A stretch of 64,000 nucleotides of DNA from Mobula hypostoma (GCF_963921235.1 NC_086097.1:204168001-204232000); one strand, 5' to 3'; shown: positions 1 through 14,678, numbered from the stretch's first letter. Notes: a model not told the origin generated them from the letters alone. Numbers and translations are program-made.

Positions 1-270
1 GGACCTAGGACAGATTCTCTGAAACAATAACACTGAGGGATTTAAAGCTGCTGACCTGTTCCAACTCTGATCCCCCAATGAGGACTGGCTCATGGACCTG
101 CAGGTTCATCCTCCTGAAGTCAATAATCATCTCCTTGGTCTTGCTGACATTGAGTGAGAGGTTGTTGTTATGTCACCCCTCAGCTAAATTTTCAAGCTTT
201 CTCCTATACACTGATTTATCACCTTTGACTTAGTCAATAACAGTGGTGTCATCAGCAGGCTTAAACATCT
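1..270 (-). mobile_element. Rex1/Babar-like LINE RT fragment
   Basis: Minus strand encodes FKPADDTTV and NNLSLNVSKTKEMIIDFRR. Confidence 0.7.
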
Positions 271-1321
271 CCTTGTTACTCATATGTCACTATTATGAAC
301 CAGGGGAGCGTCAAGGGGGCACTCTCACAAAAGGATTCGCAAAGTAGAGCTCAAGGTGACAAAGCAAGGGTCAAGCAAGAAGTTCTCAGGTCTGTGTCTG
401 AGATCGTCCTGAAAAAGTAGGACTGAACTTTGTAATCTGTTCCATTAAGTGTTTGTGGCATTTTTATAGGTGCCAGGCAGGAAGTGTTCAGGCTTTTATT
501 GTCAAATATAGCCCTGCCGGCTTGTATTCTGATTCCACTGCCGACTTTAATTCTGATGGCACTGCTGCTTTTGAATTTAAAAGTCAATTGGACCACATGA
601 GAAGACCTATCAATTTGGTTCGGCAGGGTTTTTCAGTCAGACTGAAACACATTTACACAATCCTTTGTTGATATAAAAGAGAAAAGATATTACATGTGCT
701 TTGCAGGTACACAGTATTTTGAGGAAGAAAAACTACTGTATATATAAATGGACAGATATCAAGAAAAGGTGGGCAGCTATGGACACTATGTCATGCACAG
801 TGCAGCAGACATTGTACTTCACCAAGTCACACAACTTGAGCAAACCAAATTCCTAAAAGTTTGCTCTTTCAACTTACTGCTTCGACAGGGGCTCAGAACA
901 GCAGGTTGGCAGTTAATATTCACAATATTTTAAAATATATCATTCAAAATATTTTGTGGCAAGAGCTTGCGCTAAAGCATTAAAAAGTTATTTGTAGAAA
1001 CATTTGATTTATTTGTTTCTGGGAGCACAGACAATATCATCAATGATGCCTATCACCCTGGCCATTCCTTTTTCTCTGTACTACAGGAAGGGATACAGAA
1101 GCTTGACAGCCCAATGACCAAACTTACAAACTACTTCTTTCCCACTGCTATCAGACCTTCCCGGTGGTACTGCCACATCTTCAGATTTTCAATCCAACTG
1201 TCATTCCATTATTGTCACTCATTTTTTGTACTTTTTCGGTTTACATTATATATTTTGCACCATTCAGCTGTGTCACACTCAAAGCTGTATTTAATATTGT
1301 CATCATCATTACCGTGTATAG

Positions 1322-1556
1322 CAGGGGTCTCCAACCTTTTTTGCACTGCGGACCAGTTTAATATTGACAATATTCTTGTGGACCAGCTGATGGGGGTGGG
1401 GGTTGTTCAAGTTCAACAGTGCGTGACAGGGAATGAGGAAAGGTGCAGCTGACTCATATCGTTTCATATCGCCAAATCATATTGTTTCCTCGCAGCCCGG
1501 TAGCACATGCTTTGCGGCCCGGTACCAGTCCGTTGCCCAGTGGTTGGAGACCACTG
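1322..1556. mobile_element. hAT-family MITE (235 bp)
   Basis: TIRs CAGGGGTCTCCAACC / GGTTGGAGACCACTG; perfect 8-bp TSD GTGTATAG at 1314-1321 and 1557-1564. Confidence 0.9.
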
Positions 1557-1594
1557 GTGTATAGTATATTGTTCACTTTGTGAGCAAGTATTTT

Positions 1595-4500
1595 CCATAA
1601 GACCACAAGACATAGGAGCAGAATTAGATCATCTGGCCCATCGAGTCCGCTCCGCCATTCAATCATGGCTGATCCTTTTTCCCCTCCTTAGCCCCACTCC
1701 CTATGCTTCTCCCCATAACCTTTGACGCAATGTCCAATCAAGAACTTATCAAGCTCTGCCTTAAATGCACCCAATGACCTGACATCCACAGTGGCCTGTG
1801 GTAACAAATTCCAGAAATCCACCACCCTCTGGCGAAAGAAATTTCTCTGCATCTCTGTTTTAAAAGGACACCCCTCTATCCTGAGGCTGTGCCCTTTTAT
1901 CTAAGACTCCCCCACCACAGGAAACAGCCTTTCCACATCTACTCTGTCCAGGCCTTCACCATTCAAAATGTTTCAATGGAATCCCATCTCATCCTTCTAA
2001 ATTCCAGCGAGTACAGACCCAGAGCCATCAAATGCTCTTCATATGATAACCTTCTCATTTCCAGAATCATCCTTCTGAACCTCCTCTGAACCCTCTCCAA
2101 GGCCAGCATACCTTTTCTAAGATGAGGAGCCCAAAACTGCTCACAATACTCGTGAATCCTCACTAGTGGTTTATAAAACCTCAGCATCAAATCCTTGCTC
2201 TTATATTCTAGACCCTTTGAAATGAATTCTAACATTGCGTTTGCCTTCCTTACCAACAACTCAACCTGCAAGTTAACCTTTAGTGTGTCCTGCACAAGGA
2301 CCTCCAAATCCCTTTGCGCCTCAGATTTTTGGATTTTCTCTCTGCTTAGAAAATAGTGTATATATTTATTTCTTCTACCAAAGTGCATGACCATGCATTT
2401 TCCAACATTGTACTTCATTTGTCACTTTCTTGCCCATTCTCTTAATCTGTCTAAGTCCTTCTGAATCTTTCCTGTTTCCTCAACGCTATGTGCCCCTCCA
2501 CCAATCTTCGTATCATCTGCAAACTTGGCAACAAAGTAATCTATTACATCATCTAAATCATTGATATACAGCAGAAAAAGAAGCGATCTCAAAACTGACC
2601 CCTGCGGAACACCACTATTTACTGGCGGCCAACCAGAAAAGGATACTTTTATTCACATTTTCTGCCTCCTACTAAGTAGCTAATGCTCTACCCATGCTAG
2701 TAACTTTCCTGTAAAACCATGGGCTCTGAACTTGGGATGCAGCCTCATAAGTGGTACCTTGTCAAAGGCCTTCTGAAAATCCAATTATACAGCATCCACT
2801 ACATCCCCTTTATCTATCCTACTTGTAATCTCCTCAAAGAATCCCAACAGGTTCATCAGGCAAGATTTTCCCTTAAGGGAACCATGTGGAATTTGTCCTA
2901 CCTTGTGTTGTGTCACCAAGTACTGCATAACCTCATTGTTTACAATTGACTCTAACATCTTCCCAACCACTGAGGTCAGGCTAACTGGTCTATAATTTCC
3001 TTTCTGCTTCCTCCCTCCATTCTTAAAGAGTGGAGTAACATCTGCAATTTTCCAGTCCTCCAAAACCATGCCAGAGTCCAATGATTCTAGAATGATCATT
3101 ACTAATGCCTTCACAATCTCTACCGCTACCTCTTTCAGAACCCTAGGGTGCAGTTCAACTGGTCTGGGTGATTTATGTACCTTTGGGTCTTTCAGCTCTT
3201 TCAGCACCTTCTCCCTCGTAATAGTAACTATGCTCGCTTCTCTTCCCTGACATCTGTCAACACCTGGCACACTGCTTGTGTCTTCCACGGTAAAGGCTGA
3301 TTCAAAATACCCATCTAGTTCCTCTGCCGTATCCTTGTCTCTTGTTATTATTTATCCAGCCTAATTTTCTAGTGGTCCTATATCCACTCTCATCTCTCTT
3401 TCTATCCACCTTGACATTGTTTGCTAGTTTTCAGATTTCACCTTTTCCCTCCTAATGATTCTTTTAGTTGCTTTCTGTAGCTTTCTAAAAGTTTCCTAAT
3501 CGTCTATCTTCTTAATAATTTCTGCTTTGTTGCATGCCCTCTCTTTTCCTTTGACCTCCCTCATCAGCCATGGTTGTCCTATTTTGCCATTTAAGTATTT
3601 CTTTGTTTATGGAATGCATCTAACCTGCACCTTCCTAATTTTTCCCAGAAACTCAAGCCATTACTGCTCTGCTGTCATCTCTGCCAGCATCTCCTTCCAA
3701 ATTACTTTGGCTGACTCCTCTGTCATACCACTGTAATTTCCCTTACTCTTCTGAAATACTGCTACATCAGACTACACTTTCTCCCTATCAAATTTCAAGT
3801 TGAGTTCAATCATATTCTGATCACTGGGTCCTAAGGGTTCTTTTACTTTAAGCTCCCTAATCGCCTTCGGTTCATTACATAACACCCAATCCAGTATAGC
3901 TGATCCCCTAGTAAACTCAAAAACAAACTGCTCTAAAAAGCTATCTCTTAGGTATTCAACAAACTCACTCTCTTGAAATCCATTACTAACCTGGTTTTCC
4001 CCATTGATCTGCAAGTTAAAATCTCCCATGACTACCATAACATTGCCTTTTTGACCCACCTTTTGATTTCCCGTTATATTCTGTAGTCCACATCCCAGCT
4101 ACTGTTTGGAAGCCTATATATGACTGCCATCAGGGTCTTTTTGCCCTTGCAGTTTCTTACCTCAACCCACAAGTATTCAATATGTTCCAATCCTGTATTA
4201 CATCTTTCTAATTATTTGACGCCATTCTTTACCAGCAGGGCAACACCACCCTCTGCCTACTTTCCTATTCCTCTGATATAATGTGTAACCTAGGACCTTC
4301 AGTTCCCAACTACAACCATCCTTCAGACATGGTTCAGTGATGGCTTCAACATCATACCTGACAATTTGTAATAGTGCAACAAGATCATCCAACTTATTTC
4401 TTATACTCTGTGTGTTGAGATATAACACTTTGGTGCTATCTTTCCTACACTTTTGATTCTGCATCCCTTATGCACTGATACTCACCCTGCTGGCTGCAAT

Positions 4501-5840
4501 TTTGTCCTATTATCTGCCTGCCCTTCCTGACTGCATGTTATCTTTGCTTTTTTACCATCCATCCTATCCTGAGTCCCTTCACTCCAGTTCCCAACCCCCT
4601 GACAAATTAGTTTAACCCTCCCCAACAGGTCTAACAAACCTGCTCGTGAGAATATTAGTCCTCCTCGGGTTCTGGTGCAACCCGTCATTTTTGTGTGGGT
4701 CACACCTCCTCCAGAAGAGATCTCAATGATCCAAGAACTTGAAGCCTTGCCCCCCACACCAGCTTCTCAGCCACGCATTTATCTGCCAAGTCATCCTGTT
4801 TCTACTCTCATTAGCAGGTGGCACAGGCAGCAATTCAGAAATTACTACCCGGGAGGTCCTGCTTCTCAGCTTTCTACCTAGCTCCCTAAATTCAAGACCT
4901 TTTTACTTTTCCTTCCTCTGTCATTGGTACTAATATGTACCAAGTCAGTTGGCTGCTCCCTCTCTCCCTCCAAGATGTCGTGGACACGATTTGAGACGCC
5001 CCTGACCTGGAAGGCAACATACCATCTGGGTGTCCCATTCATGTCTACAGAACCTCCTGCCTGTTCCTCTGACTATTGAATCCCTTCTCACTACTGCTCC
5101 CCTCTTCTCCCCCTTTCCCTTCTGCACCACAAACACATGCTCAGTGTCAGTAACCTGGTCTCCATGGCATTCCCCTGGGAGGTCATTCCACCCCCGCACC
5201 CCTGCCCCCATCAGTGTCCAAAACAGTATATTTATTATTGAGAGGAATGGCCACAGGGATGCTCTGTGCTTACCACCTATTCACCTTCTCATTCCTTCTC
5301 CTGACAGTCACCCAGCTGCTCACCTCCTGCAACTTGGAGGTAACTATTTTCCTGTAACTCCGACTGATGATCTCACTCTCCCGTACAAGCTGAAGGTCAT
5401 CCAGCCGGATGCACTTCACACAGATGTAGTTCCCTGGGAAACTCTGGGTCTCCCAGGACTCCAACATCCACCATGAAGAACACACAATGGCCACTTAAGC
5501 TGCACTAAACACCCCTGACACAGTAAGAAAAAAAGGAAAACTTAACAGAAACCTACCCGGACAATTTACCCAAAGCTAACTCTTCTTCCAAGCTGTAGCC
5601 TCTTTTGAGCCAAAGCTCGATGCTCCCACCCTCACCACTGGCCCACTCCCAACAATGGCTGCTCAGTTTGTCCCTTCTGTACTTATATTTACTCCCTTCT
5701 GCGCTGCTCCTGCCATTGATTGGACTACCCGAATGACACTGAATGCCTACGAAGCTCTCCTTTTAAATGAGTCCGCTGACCTGTGAGAAACCTCCTCCTC
5801 TCTGTACTGCTCCCACCACTGACTGGCCTCGCGGAATGAC
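1595..5840 (-). mobile_element. Near full-length decayed CR1 LINE (ORF1 zinc finger/esterase, APE, RT)
   Basis: ORF1 pieces (NYICVKCIRL; RDSIVRGTGRRFC...VCCLPG), APE (VLYLNTQSIRNK; VMGDFN), RT ([20 protein letters not shown]), C-terminal LERVQRRF, short-repeat 3' tail at ~1595. The 5' boundary is approximate. Confidence 0.9.
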
Positions 5841-6974
5841 GCTGGACCCTGGTGCATATGATGATAAACCAAACTGACCCCAAAACAGAATCTGAAGTAA
5901 TGGCCATGAAGATGCCTTTGCTGCACAGTGTGGGTGAAGGACATGCTGACATTTAAATCAAAGGCCTTTTATGGCAGAGGCCCCGGGATGCAGCTGATAG
6001 ATCAGATAGTGCAGTCTCAGGTTGTACTTGGATGTGAAAGAAAATGTTTGCTTGTGACAGAAATAGAAAGCTTAATATGCCCATCTTTGTATAAGAACTT
6101 GCTCTCCAGAAGAAAATGACATTTACTTGTATTCTTTTTTCATGTAATGAAAGAGGAAGAATGCAATAATACAATAGAAGAAAAAAAAAACATGCTTAAC
6201 AATTGTAATGGACGTTCCAATATCCGAACTGAGTTAAAAGTGTGTTGTATGTATTACATTAATTTTCAGAAAGCTTCAGGCTTGAAAACATGACAGAAAT
6301 TAGGATCTACGAAGTTGTAAAAAGTAGCTACTATATTAGGAATTTAAAGAGTTGGAAATTTCATTCCCTTTTCCTCTTGGTAAATATGCATGATTTAGAT
6401 AACATATCGGGAATACTAAACCTGATAAACAAAAGCAGTGGGTTTGACAGCAAGCTGCCCAACCTCTATTAATTTATCAGTGAGTTTTGAGTGATTAAAA
6501 AAAACTAAAAATACTTTCTACATCTGTTGAGGCTGCTGTTATCAGCTGGTAGCAGCTGGTGAATAACATGAAGCAAGGCAATGTAGTCCTGCATGAACAG
6601 GCTGTGCTGAGGAACATGTTGGAGTGGGTGGACCTTCACTCATTTGCAGGGGAGCTCCAAAGTACGAGGGGAAGATATAAAAATAACAAATTTAATCCAA
6701 ATAAATGCATATAAACAGAGAGCTTGTAGTTAACTGACATTCAGGGAGGTAAAGTTGAAAATATTGGAAATATATATCTGGTTCATCAAAAAATGCAAAG
6801 TGAAAAGGTAAGCTAGGAATTCGTATCTTGACCTTTTGTTAGAAGTGGGATCTCAGTAACCTTATGAACATTGTGACTGATAAAAAGGAAATACAAATCA
6901 CCAAGAGCAAGGATTTTACAAATGAGACACAAAAGCTGGGATCTGGAGCAAAACGCAAGCCACAGAAGGAACCT

Positions 6975-9900
6975 AGTCATTATGGCTGAGCAGTTGATCT
7001 GATGTTATTAGTCTCTTTGTTTCCTTGAGGCTCTTTCTCATCTTTCTGACCATTCCCACTTTGCTCCTGTCTGTAACGGTGTGTTCAATGGGTACAGCAC
7101 TGTAGCAATGTTTGGGAGAAACCTGCGGTTGTAGTTTATATAAGCCATGCTTGTCAATGACATGTCCACAATATGAGGTTACATTCTGGAAAAACTCACA
7201 TTTCTCTCTCTTTGCACGCAGACTATAGTCACTCAGCCTGGCAAGCACTTTACCAAGATTCTGGAGGTGCTCTTCATCCTTGCCCGTTACAGTGATGTCA
7301 TCAAGGTTCCTGGGGTTTCTTGAAGTACTTGGTCCATGGCTTATTGCAGTCACAGCATATGTGAATAACTCCGGCGTTCCATTTCTGGATCATTGGGACA
7401 ATGGACATAGCCCAATTGCTCTACTCAAACTTGGAGAGAATGTTAGATGCCTTCAAGCTCTGAAGATCAGCATGCACTTTAGGATGTAGTGCGTAAGGCA
7501 CTGGACGTGCTTTATGGAATTGTGGTGTTATTGCTTTATTCACTTCAGTTCTGGCCATTATGCCTTTGAATTTACCAATGACCTTCTCAAACACTTTCTT
7601 GCTAGCATTAAGCAGCTGTGACAATCTCTGGTTAGTGCTGCCACTTGGGCTGCAGTTGCCGGTTAATGGCCCATTGAGAGCTTTGTTTATGTGTCAGTCT
7701 CGTTGGATTTTTCTCAACCACTCATGTCCAAAAAGTGCTGGCCCTTCACATTTCAACACATAAAACTCTAACTGCTGTGTTTTGCCTCTACATCACATTT
7801 CCTTTCAGTTTGCCTTTAGGAGATACTTTTTCAGCTGCGTGGGTCTTTAGCATCACTGAGGTCCTTTCTAACGGTAGCTTAGAAAAATGTCAGTTGTAGT
7901 CAGCCTCTGAAATTACAGACAAAGGTGATTCTGTATCCAGCTCCATTTTCAACTTACACCAGACACATCGGCTGTGAACCATACAATTTTGTGATCTGCT
8001 TTAGGACTAGGCATGACAGCTCACTTTGATCATACTTTGTGTTGTCTGTTTTTTTTCAAATTTGTTTAGTTTTGTGTTTGAAATTTTTCACTCTTAGTGG
8101 TTTTTCTCTTTGGTTGTTCTTGTTGTTTGATTTGCGCACTCTCTCTATGTGACCTCGTCTATAACACCTTTTGCTAACTTTTTCTCTGAACCAACAATGA
8201 TTTGTATCATGGGACAATTTGCCACATCGGTAACATTTTTGGCTTTTTTGCTCCATTCAGGGACATTTTGTGCATTTAACATTCTAAACTCTTTTTCTGT
8301 AGTTCTGCTGCATCCTTTGCTGCAACCTCTAATGATATTACAATAGTGAATGCCCATTCTAAGTTTAGGTCTCTTTCTGACAGTAGCCTCTTTTGGCTGC
8401 TTTGACTATGTATGCCACATACAAGCCTGTTCCTTAATGCATCAGAAAGTCAATCTCTAAAGTCACAGTATTGGGGAAGTTTGTGCAGTTCTGCAATACT
8501 TTCATCCTTTAATTGGTTCCTTTTGTTAAATCTAACTCTCTCAGCTCTTACCAGTGGTTTAGGGCTCAAGTGATTTTGTAAAATTGCAACAGTTTTGTTG
8601 AATATTTTGCTTTCTTTTCATCATCTACGTCTTTCATGTTACAATACAGCTGTAACCTCTCAATATATGATTTCCAGTCCTCATTAGCACTGATTCTGAT
8701 TAGGGCCATTGATATGTTATTTTCACTTTAACTTGCTAGTTGTGCATCTTTCACTGTGTACTGTGCACTCTTACTCATATGTCATTTGTTTGCGTCCACG
8801 ACTCCGTAACTGCCTTCTCTGTACTGATGAATTCTTTCCTCTCGCTATCTTTCTCGCTTCCTCCAAAGTCTCATCCCATAATTGTCGGTACAGTTGATGA
8901 TATTCGCTGACATTCAGGTTTGTAATCTTTGACAATTTGTCGTGTCTGTACAACTACGTTTCAAATAAATAAAAGTATGCACATGAGAGATGAGGTTAAC
9001 TGCTTTTTGAGATATTTACAAATTAGGAATTTTTTATGTGGTTTGTTGCCAAATTACCCTTCTGTTTATCCACCTAATATGACAGATGCTCTCTTTCAGT
9101 TTATACCATTTCAAAAAGGGTTGATAGCTATAATCTATAAACAGTTATTGAACTCACAAATGATATCTAATGATAAAATTAAATGTGCTTGGGAATCGGA
9201 ATTTCAAGAGTCATTTTCAGATAATCAATGGAGTAAAATTTTTCATTTGGTTATAACTCATCTATTTGTGCCCGTCATTCCTTGATACAGTTCAAGGTAG
9301 TGCATCAGGCCCATATGTCAAAGGATAAACTAGCGCATATTTTTTCCAATATCAATCCTATTTGAGACAGATGTAATATTGAGGTGGCCACTTTAATTCA
9401 TATGTTTTGTCTTGTATAAAGCTTGATAACTTTTGGAGAGATATTTTTAAAATGCATTCAAAAGTCTTGGATCTGGATCTACAACCTAATTTGCTTACAG
9501 TAATTTTTGGGATTATCCCATCGGAAGCAGGAAACATTCCTGTTTCTGCCCAATGTATGATAGCCTTTTCAACTTTATTGGCTAGGAGAGCCATTTTATT
9601 GAAGTGGAAGGATTCTAATCCACCTATGGTCTTTTACTGGCTTTCCTCCATAGTGTCCTGTTTAAGTTTAGAGAAAATAAGAAGTTGGACATTTGATACA
9701 TCCTTTAAATTTGAGCAAACCTGGCGACCTTTTATTCAATATTTTCATTTAATTTGATTTATTACTCTTCCAATTTTTTTTCGAAGTTTTAGATTTGATC
9801 AGAAAGTCTTTCTTTTTTTTGGTCGTATCCTCAAAATGGACTGCCCAGTCTCTTTTTTTTTGTTTTTTTGTTTTTTTTTACATAGTGTTATGGGTTTTTT

Positions 9901-10296
9901 TCCTTCATTTAAAATTTAAAGTTTTTTCTTTCCTCTTCATGAACTGATAAAAGGAGAATTGCTGTTTTCTTTTTTTTTATTATATATTTTATACTAGCTT
10001 AACAATATGTATGATTTTGATAATGTCTATCTTAATCTCGGTTTGTATTGTTATTAATATATATATTTGAGATAATTCTCCTCTTGTTTGTATTTACGTT
10101 CCTTTTAAATCAATAAAAAAAATTAATAAAGAAAAAGAGATGAGGTTAACTGGTGCATTCATATAGCCGGGAGAGAGAGAGGGAGGGAGCAATGCGCATG
10201 TGTAGACAACAGATCAATGAGCATAGGTAAGTTATCAGTCCATATGTATTGCTGAGGGAAGTCAACACTCTAAAAGAAACAGATCTATACATTACA
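6975..10296 (-). mobile_element. Decayed Gypsy-type LTR retrotransposon (gag knuckle, protease, RT) with 5' LTR at ~8883-10296
   Basis: CYRCGKLSHDTNHC knuckle; LKMELDT protease-like motif; FHKARPVPYAL; LDDITVTGKDEEHLQNL...KCEF RT motif. The LTR resembles the solo copy at 20427-20679. Confidence 0.85.
9003..10135 (+). mobile_element. 5'-truncated L1 LINE inserted in the Gypsy LTR
   Basis: ORF2 C-terminus (IKCAWESE; decayed CCHC DRCNIEVATLIHMF; LARRAILLKWKDSNPP), T-rich 3'UTR, AATAAA/A-rich tail. 17-bp TSD AGAGATGAGGTTAACTG at 8986-9002 and 10136-10152. Confidence 0.92.
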
Positions 10297-11344
10297 ATTT
10301 GAAAGATTGTAAATGGTCAAGTGGTAGACTTTATTTGATTGATATTTAAGAACAGTATTTGCTTCTGACTATAGCTATTCAGTTCATTGTAGTTGTATTT
10401 CTTAATCTTACATCCCAATCAATCAATTGCACAGAAGCAGACTTGCAATTCAATACTACATGCAGTTTTGCAATTGTGAAAGTGCAACAATGAATGAAGA
10501 ACACTACAAATATATAAATATTGAAAAACAGGAACACCCTCAGCTGATAGAGGAGTACAGATCACAACTTTGATGAGCAATTGCTTGTTTGTTTTAAACC
10601 TTCGATTGTGAAAGTGTATTATCACTGAGAAATGGTTAGATGCACAATCTCTTGCTCTGTTTGGAATCGTTCTCTAGAGCAAATCAAACCTTCTCTGTTT
10701 CCATTTATGGTGTGGTGTCGAGTTTTTACAATCAGTGCAAAGAAGCTGCCACTCACAGCCAGTACTGTTGCCACATTCGCAATATTTGCTGCCTCACTGC
10801 TTTTAATTGCTTTTCTCATAGACTTTACACAAACAGAAATTTCTAGGCTGAAATGTTGATGAAAGATAATGGAAATCCGCCTGTGTAAGCAGAAGTCCAA
10901 TGTGCAGATAAAAGACAAGGACAAACTTTCAGAACTTTGTCCACAGACAGTCAGAATTTGTCAGCAAGGCATTATTGATTACTGATTCCAAAGTCTATGA
11001 AATGGTGACAAGGTTCAAATTTTGCTGAATGTATCAATTTTTAAAGATATGTCACATTCTGAAGGCTATAGGTTGCAAGGCCAGATCCTTTGCAGATGCG
11101 TAGCAATTCAAATGTGTAGCAATCCTCCAGCATGATTGAATTGATTGGTGTGCACTTTCAATTGATGTGGAATATTCTGCTACAGAAAGGTGCATTAGAC
11201 CATTGTGTCTGGGCCAGATATTTGAAATATGTTTCCAAATCAGCTTTCTCCAACACATTTCTTTTCAAACAAGGCAAATTGAGTTTTGTGCAAAAATGTA
11301 AGATAAATCTTTCAAATATTCTAATGGAATCTTTGTACACAGAG

Positions 11345-11860
11345 CTGTAGAATGACACAACATGGATGCTAGCCCACAATTTAAGCTGACTATGGTACCC
11401 ACCCAGCTAGACCCAACTTCATGCATTCAGCCTATATCCCTCTCCACTTACCTATCTAAGTGCTTCTTAAATGATACTCTGACACCTGACTCTAGCAGTG
11501 GATCCAAATATACATATCCACAGCATGAAGAAGTTGTCCCTCAGGTCTCACTTAAATCCTTCCCCTCTCACTGTAAGTCTGTGATACTAGTTTTGGACTC
11601 CTCTATCTTGAGGAAGATTCTTACCATCCACTTTACCTATACTTCTCATAATTGTAAATACTTCTTTAAGATCACTTTTCATTTTCCTACATGGAATAAA
11701 GACCTACTGTGGCCAACCTCTCCCTTTAATTCAGGCCCTTTAGTGTTGCAACATCCTCATAAATCTTTTTCTGTACTCTTTCCAGTTTAACCATATCGTT
11801 CCAATATCAGGGTGGCCAAAGCTGTACACAGTATTCCAAGTATGATCTAACCTGCAGCAG
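11345..11860 (-). mobile_element. Old CR1 3' fragment
   Basis: Degenerate match to the CR1 3' ends elsewhere in this window. Confidence 0.6.
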
Positions 11861-14678
11861 TACTCAATCAAGTGATCTTTCTAGCCCTGGTAAACAGACT
11901 CATCACCACCTGTAATTCGTCCAACAACAGTAACGTTGTGGGTGAATTTGAAGATAGCATTGGAGCTGTGCTCAGCCACACAGTTGGGGAGCAGTGCATT
12001 ATAACGAGTGATAACTCAGATTTAAGTAATCTTCAGAATCTCATTTAATGTGTTAAATCAGAAGAAATGAATCTTAAGTTGCTAGTTAGCTAGAGAAGTT
12101 TGTACTGGTGATAATTTCCAGGTGAAATCTCAACTGTCAGGAATAGGGTGCTTCCAATTGCAGAGATATAATTAGATCAGTAGTGATTAAAATTGGAGTT
12201 CTAATGTCAAGAGAGATTGTTATATGACAGGCACCAAAAAGCAATGAGAACATATAATGATATCCCAATGAGATTCAAATTAAATGACACATTTCATGGC
12301 TAAGATATTTTTTTACCATAATTTTCTCTGCTCCTTCACTTTTTGAAGATGTTTCCATTGTCTGGTCTTGAGACCATCACACCACATTGGTCACTCCACA
12401 TCCTTCTTCTCCATGGGAGGTTTCTCTACTCCCTGAGCTTGCCTTAGGAGACCCATTTTATGGCATGACAGTTGTACCATTCCACTTAATCTCCCCACCC
12501 ACCACTGTCTGGAGTGCAGGTTGCACCTGGGTGCCTAGGCACAGCTGACCAGAAGTGAGAGTTCTTCAAGGCTCATTGCCCCACTTCACCGAGTAGGTGA
12601 AAAAACGATCATAGTAGTACTATTTCATCAGCAGTCCCAGACAAGCCGCTACTTATTCTACACCTCTCACGTCACTTTGCAGTGGCAGAATAGAATTTTG
12701 CTCAAATGGGTCTTCTTCACCCCCACGGATTCTGCCAAGGTCATTATTTCTTTGGCCGTAGTTTTGCTGGGTAGAATGTGGTGACAAGTCTCCCAGCTTG
12801 TACCCTTTCCCCTCAACCCACCTTCTTATTCTAGCTTTTTTCCCCCATTCCTTTCTAGTCTTGTCCTGAAATGTCAACTATTTATTCTCCTCCACAGATG
12901 CTGGTTGACCTGTTAAGTTCCTTCAGCATTTTGTGTTTTGCTAGAGATGATGTAGGAAAAATTCACAAGAACATTGCTTAAATTGGAAAGCTTGAGTTCT
13001 CAGGGTAGGCAGGGCGTTGAGTGATATTGGTTTAGAATAGCTAGGCAATGGGACAAGGAGCCAATCTCTGTGCTGTATAACTGTGAATTCAAATCTGGAG
13101 GCTTTGCTTTCTTCCTTATTTGAAACTGCACTTACACAAAGAAATGGGGAAACACAACTCGAAAGAAGAAATGATAAACTTGAGAAGAAGCAGAAGGCTT
13201 GGTTTATGCTGTCAGCTTTTAAATGCAAAATTATAGTCATTGCATGATATACATTTCTATTGCTGCATTTTTATAAACAAGTAAACAAATAGATGTTAAG
13301 CAGCATTTGGCAATGAGAGCTATAAGTATCAATTCTGATTTTTAACTAATAATTGATAACATCAAAGAACCAGTAAAAAATAAAAATAACGGCTTCAATA
13401 CAAATCTGCTTCATATTTATTGTAATCTTATGATTTTACCAATAAAACTGTGATTCTGTATATTGTGGTATATTAGTTGTCACGTTAAAATAGCAACAGT
13501 GGTTTTGTACAACATTTAAACAAATAACATGTGACGAGGAATCTGGTTGGATTACAAACCAAACAATAAAAATGCAGTGGGTTTTCAGTCAGTAACATGC
13601 TGTTCATTATGCTCTCATTTTCCAATGGATAATTTATGGATTTTTAAGAATTATGTTGGCCCACAGTCAAAGAAGTCATAAAAATAAGACACCATATCTG
13701 TTCCTGTATGAAAAGAGAAGACGTTATGTTTGTCCTACCCAATCAAGGCAGAGTCATAAATGACCAGTACATATTCTAAATAAAAAAAGCTCAGACTCCT
13801 TAGTCCTATTAAAAATTAAATACTAAAAGGGAATTAAAGATATTTTTAAAGAGAAAATAGATTAAAAGACAGATACTGTATATATTCTCTGATACTAAGT
13901 GGAACCATTGAATCTTTGAAAAGAAAGTGTTTAATAAAACTACTTAGTCCTTTAAAAATTGACTAAGCCTGATGGAATGGCTGACTACATTTGTAAAGGA
14001 TCATTTTCATTCCAAGTTTCATTGTAACTTTAAGTGCCATGGTACTACAGGAAAGATACTCGCCAATTTATTATCCCTCGCAACCCTTCTTCCCATAATC
14101 TTTGACACCTCTCAAGACCAAAGATGAGAGAAGAATTATAGGAGGAATAAGAGGGTTTCAAAGGTTATGGGAAGAAGGCAGGAGAATGGGGTTGAGAGGG
14201 ATAATAAATTGGCAACAATGGAAAGGCGGAGCAGATTCAATGAGCTGAATGACCTAATCCTGCTCCTATATCTTATGGTCTAATTAGGCCATTCTGTCTA
14301 TCAAGACTGCTCTGCAATCCATCATGGCTGATTTATATTTCTTCTCAACCCAATTCTCCTGCCTTCTCCCTCTTTGACACCCTCTTATTCCTCCTACAAT
14401 TCTGCTCTCAAGTCTTTTGGTCTTATCATAATGAAGGTTTAAGAGATTCATTTGCAAAACAAAAACAGATAAGAAATGCATCTTCACACATTTAAACTGC
14501 GATGCTTTTGGCTAGACAGCTTTTGGAAGAGCAGAACATCTCTGGCAGGAATTTCCTGTATTTTCTTCGTATATGAAGTCATCTAAGATTGCTGTCCAGT
14601 TTTCAGGGCATTAACTTTACTTCAAAATCTTACCTGGTTGTACTTTCCAATCAGAGTTTTCTCTCCTTTCAAAGATGT

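Noticed and set aside
5030..5476. 148-aa plus-strand ORF
   Set aside because: It is the antisense shadow of CR1 ORF1.
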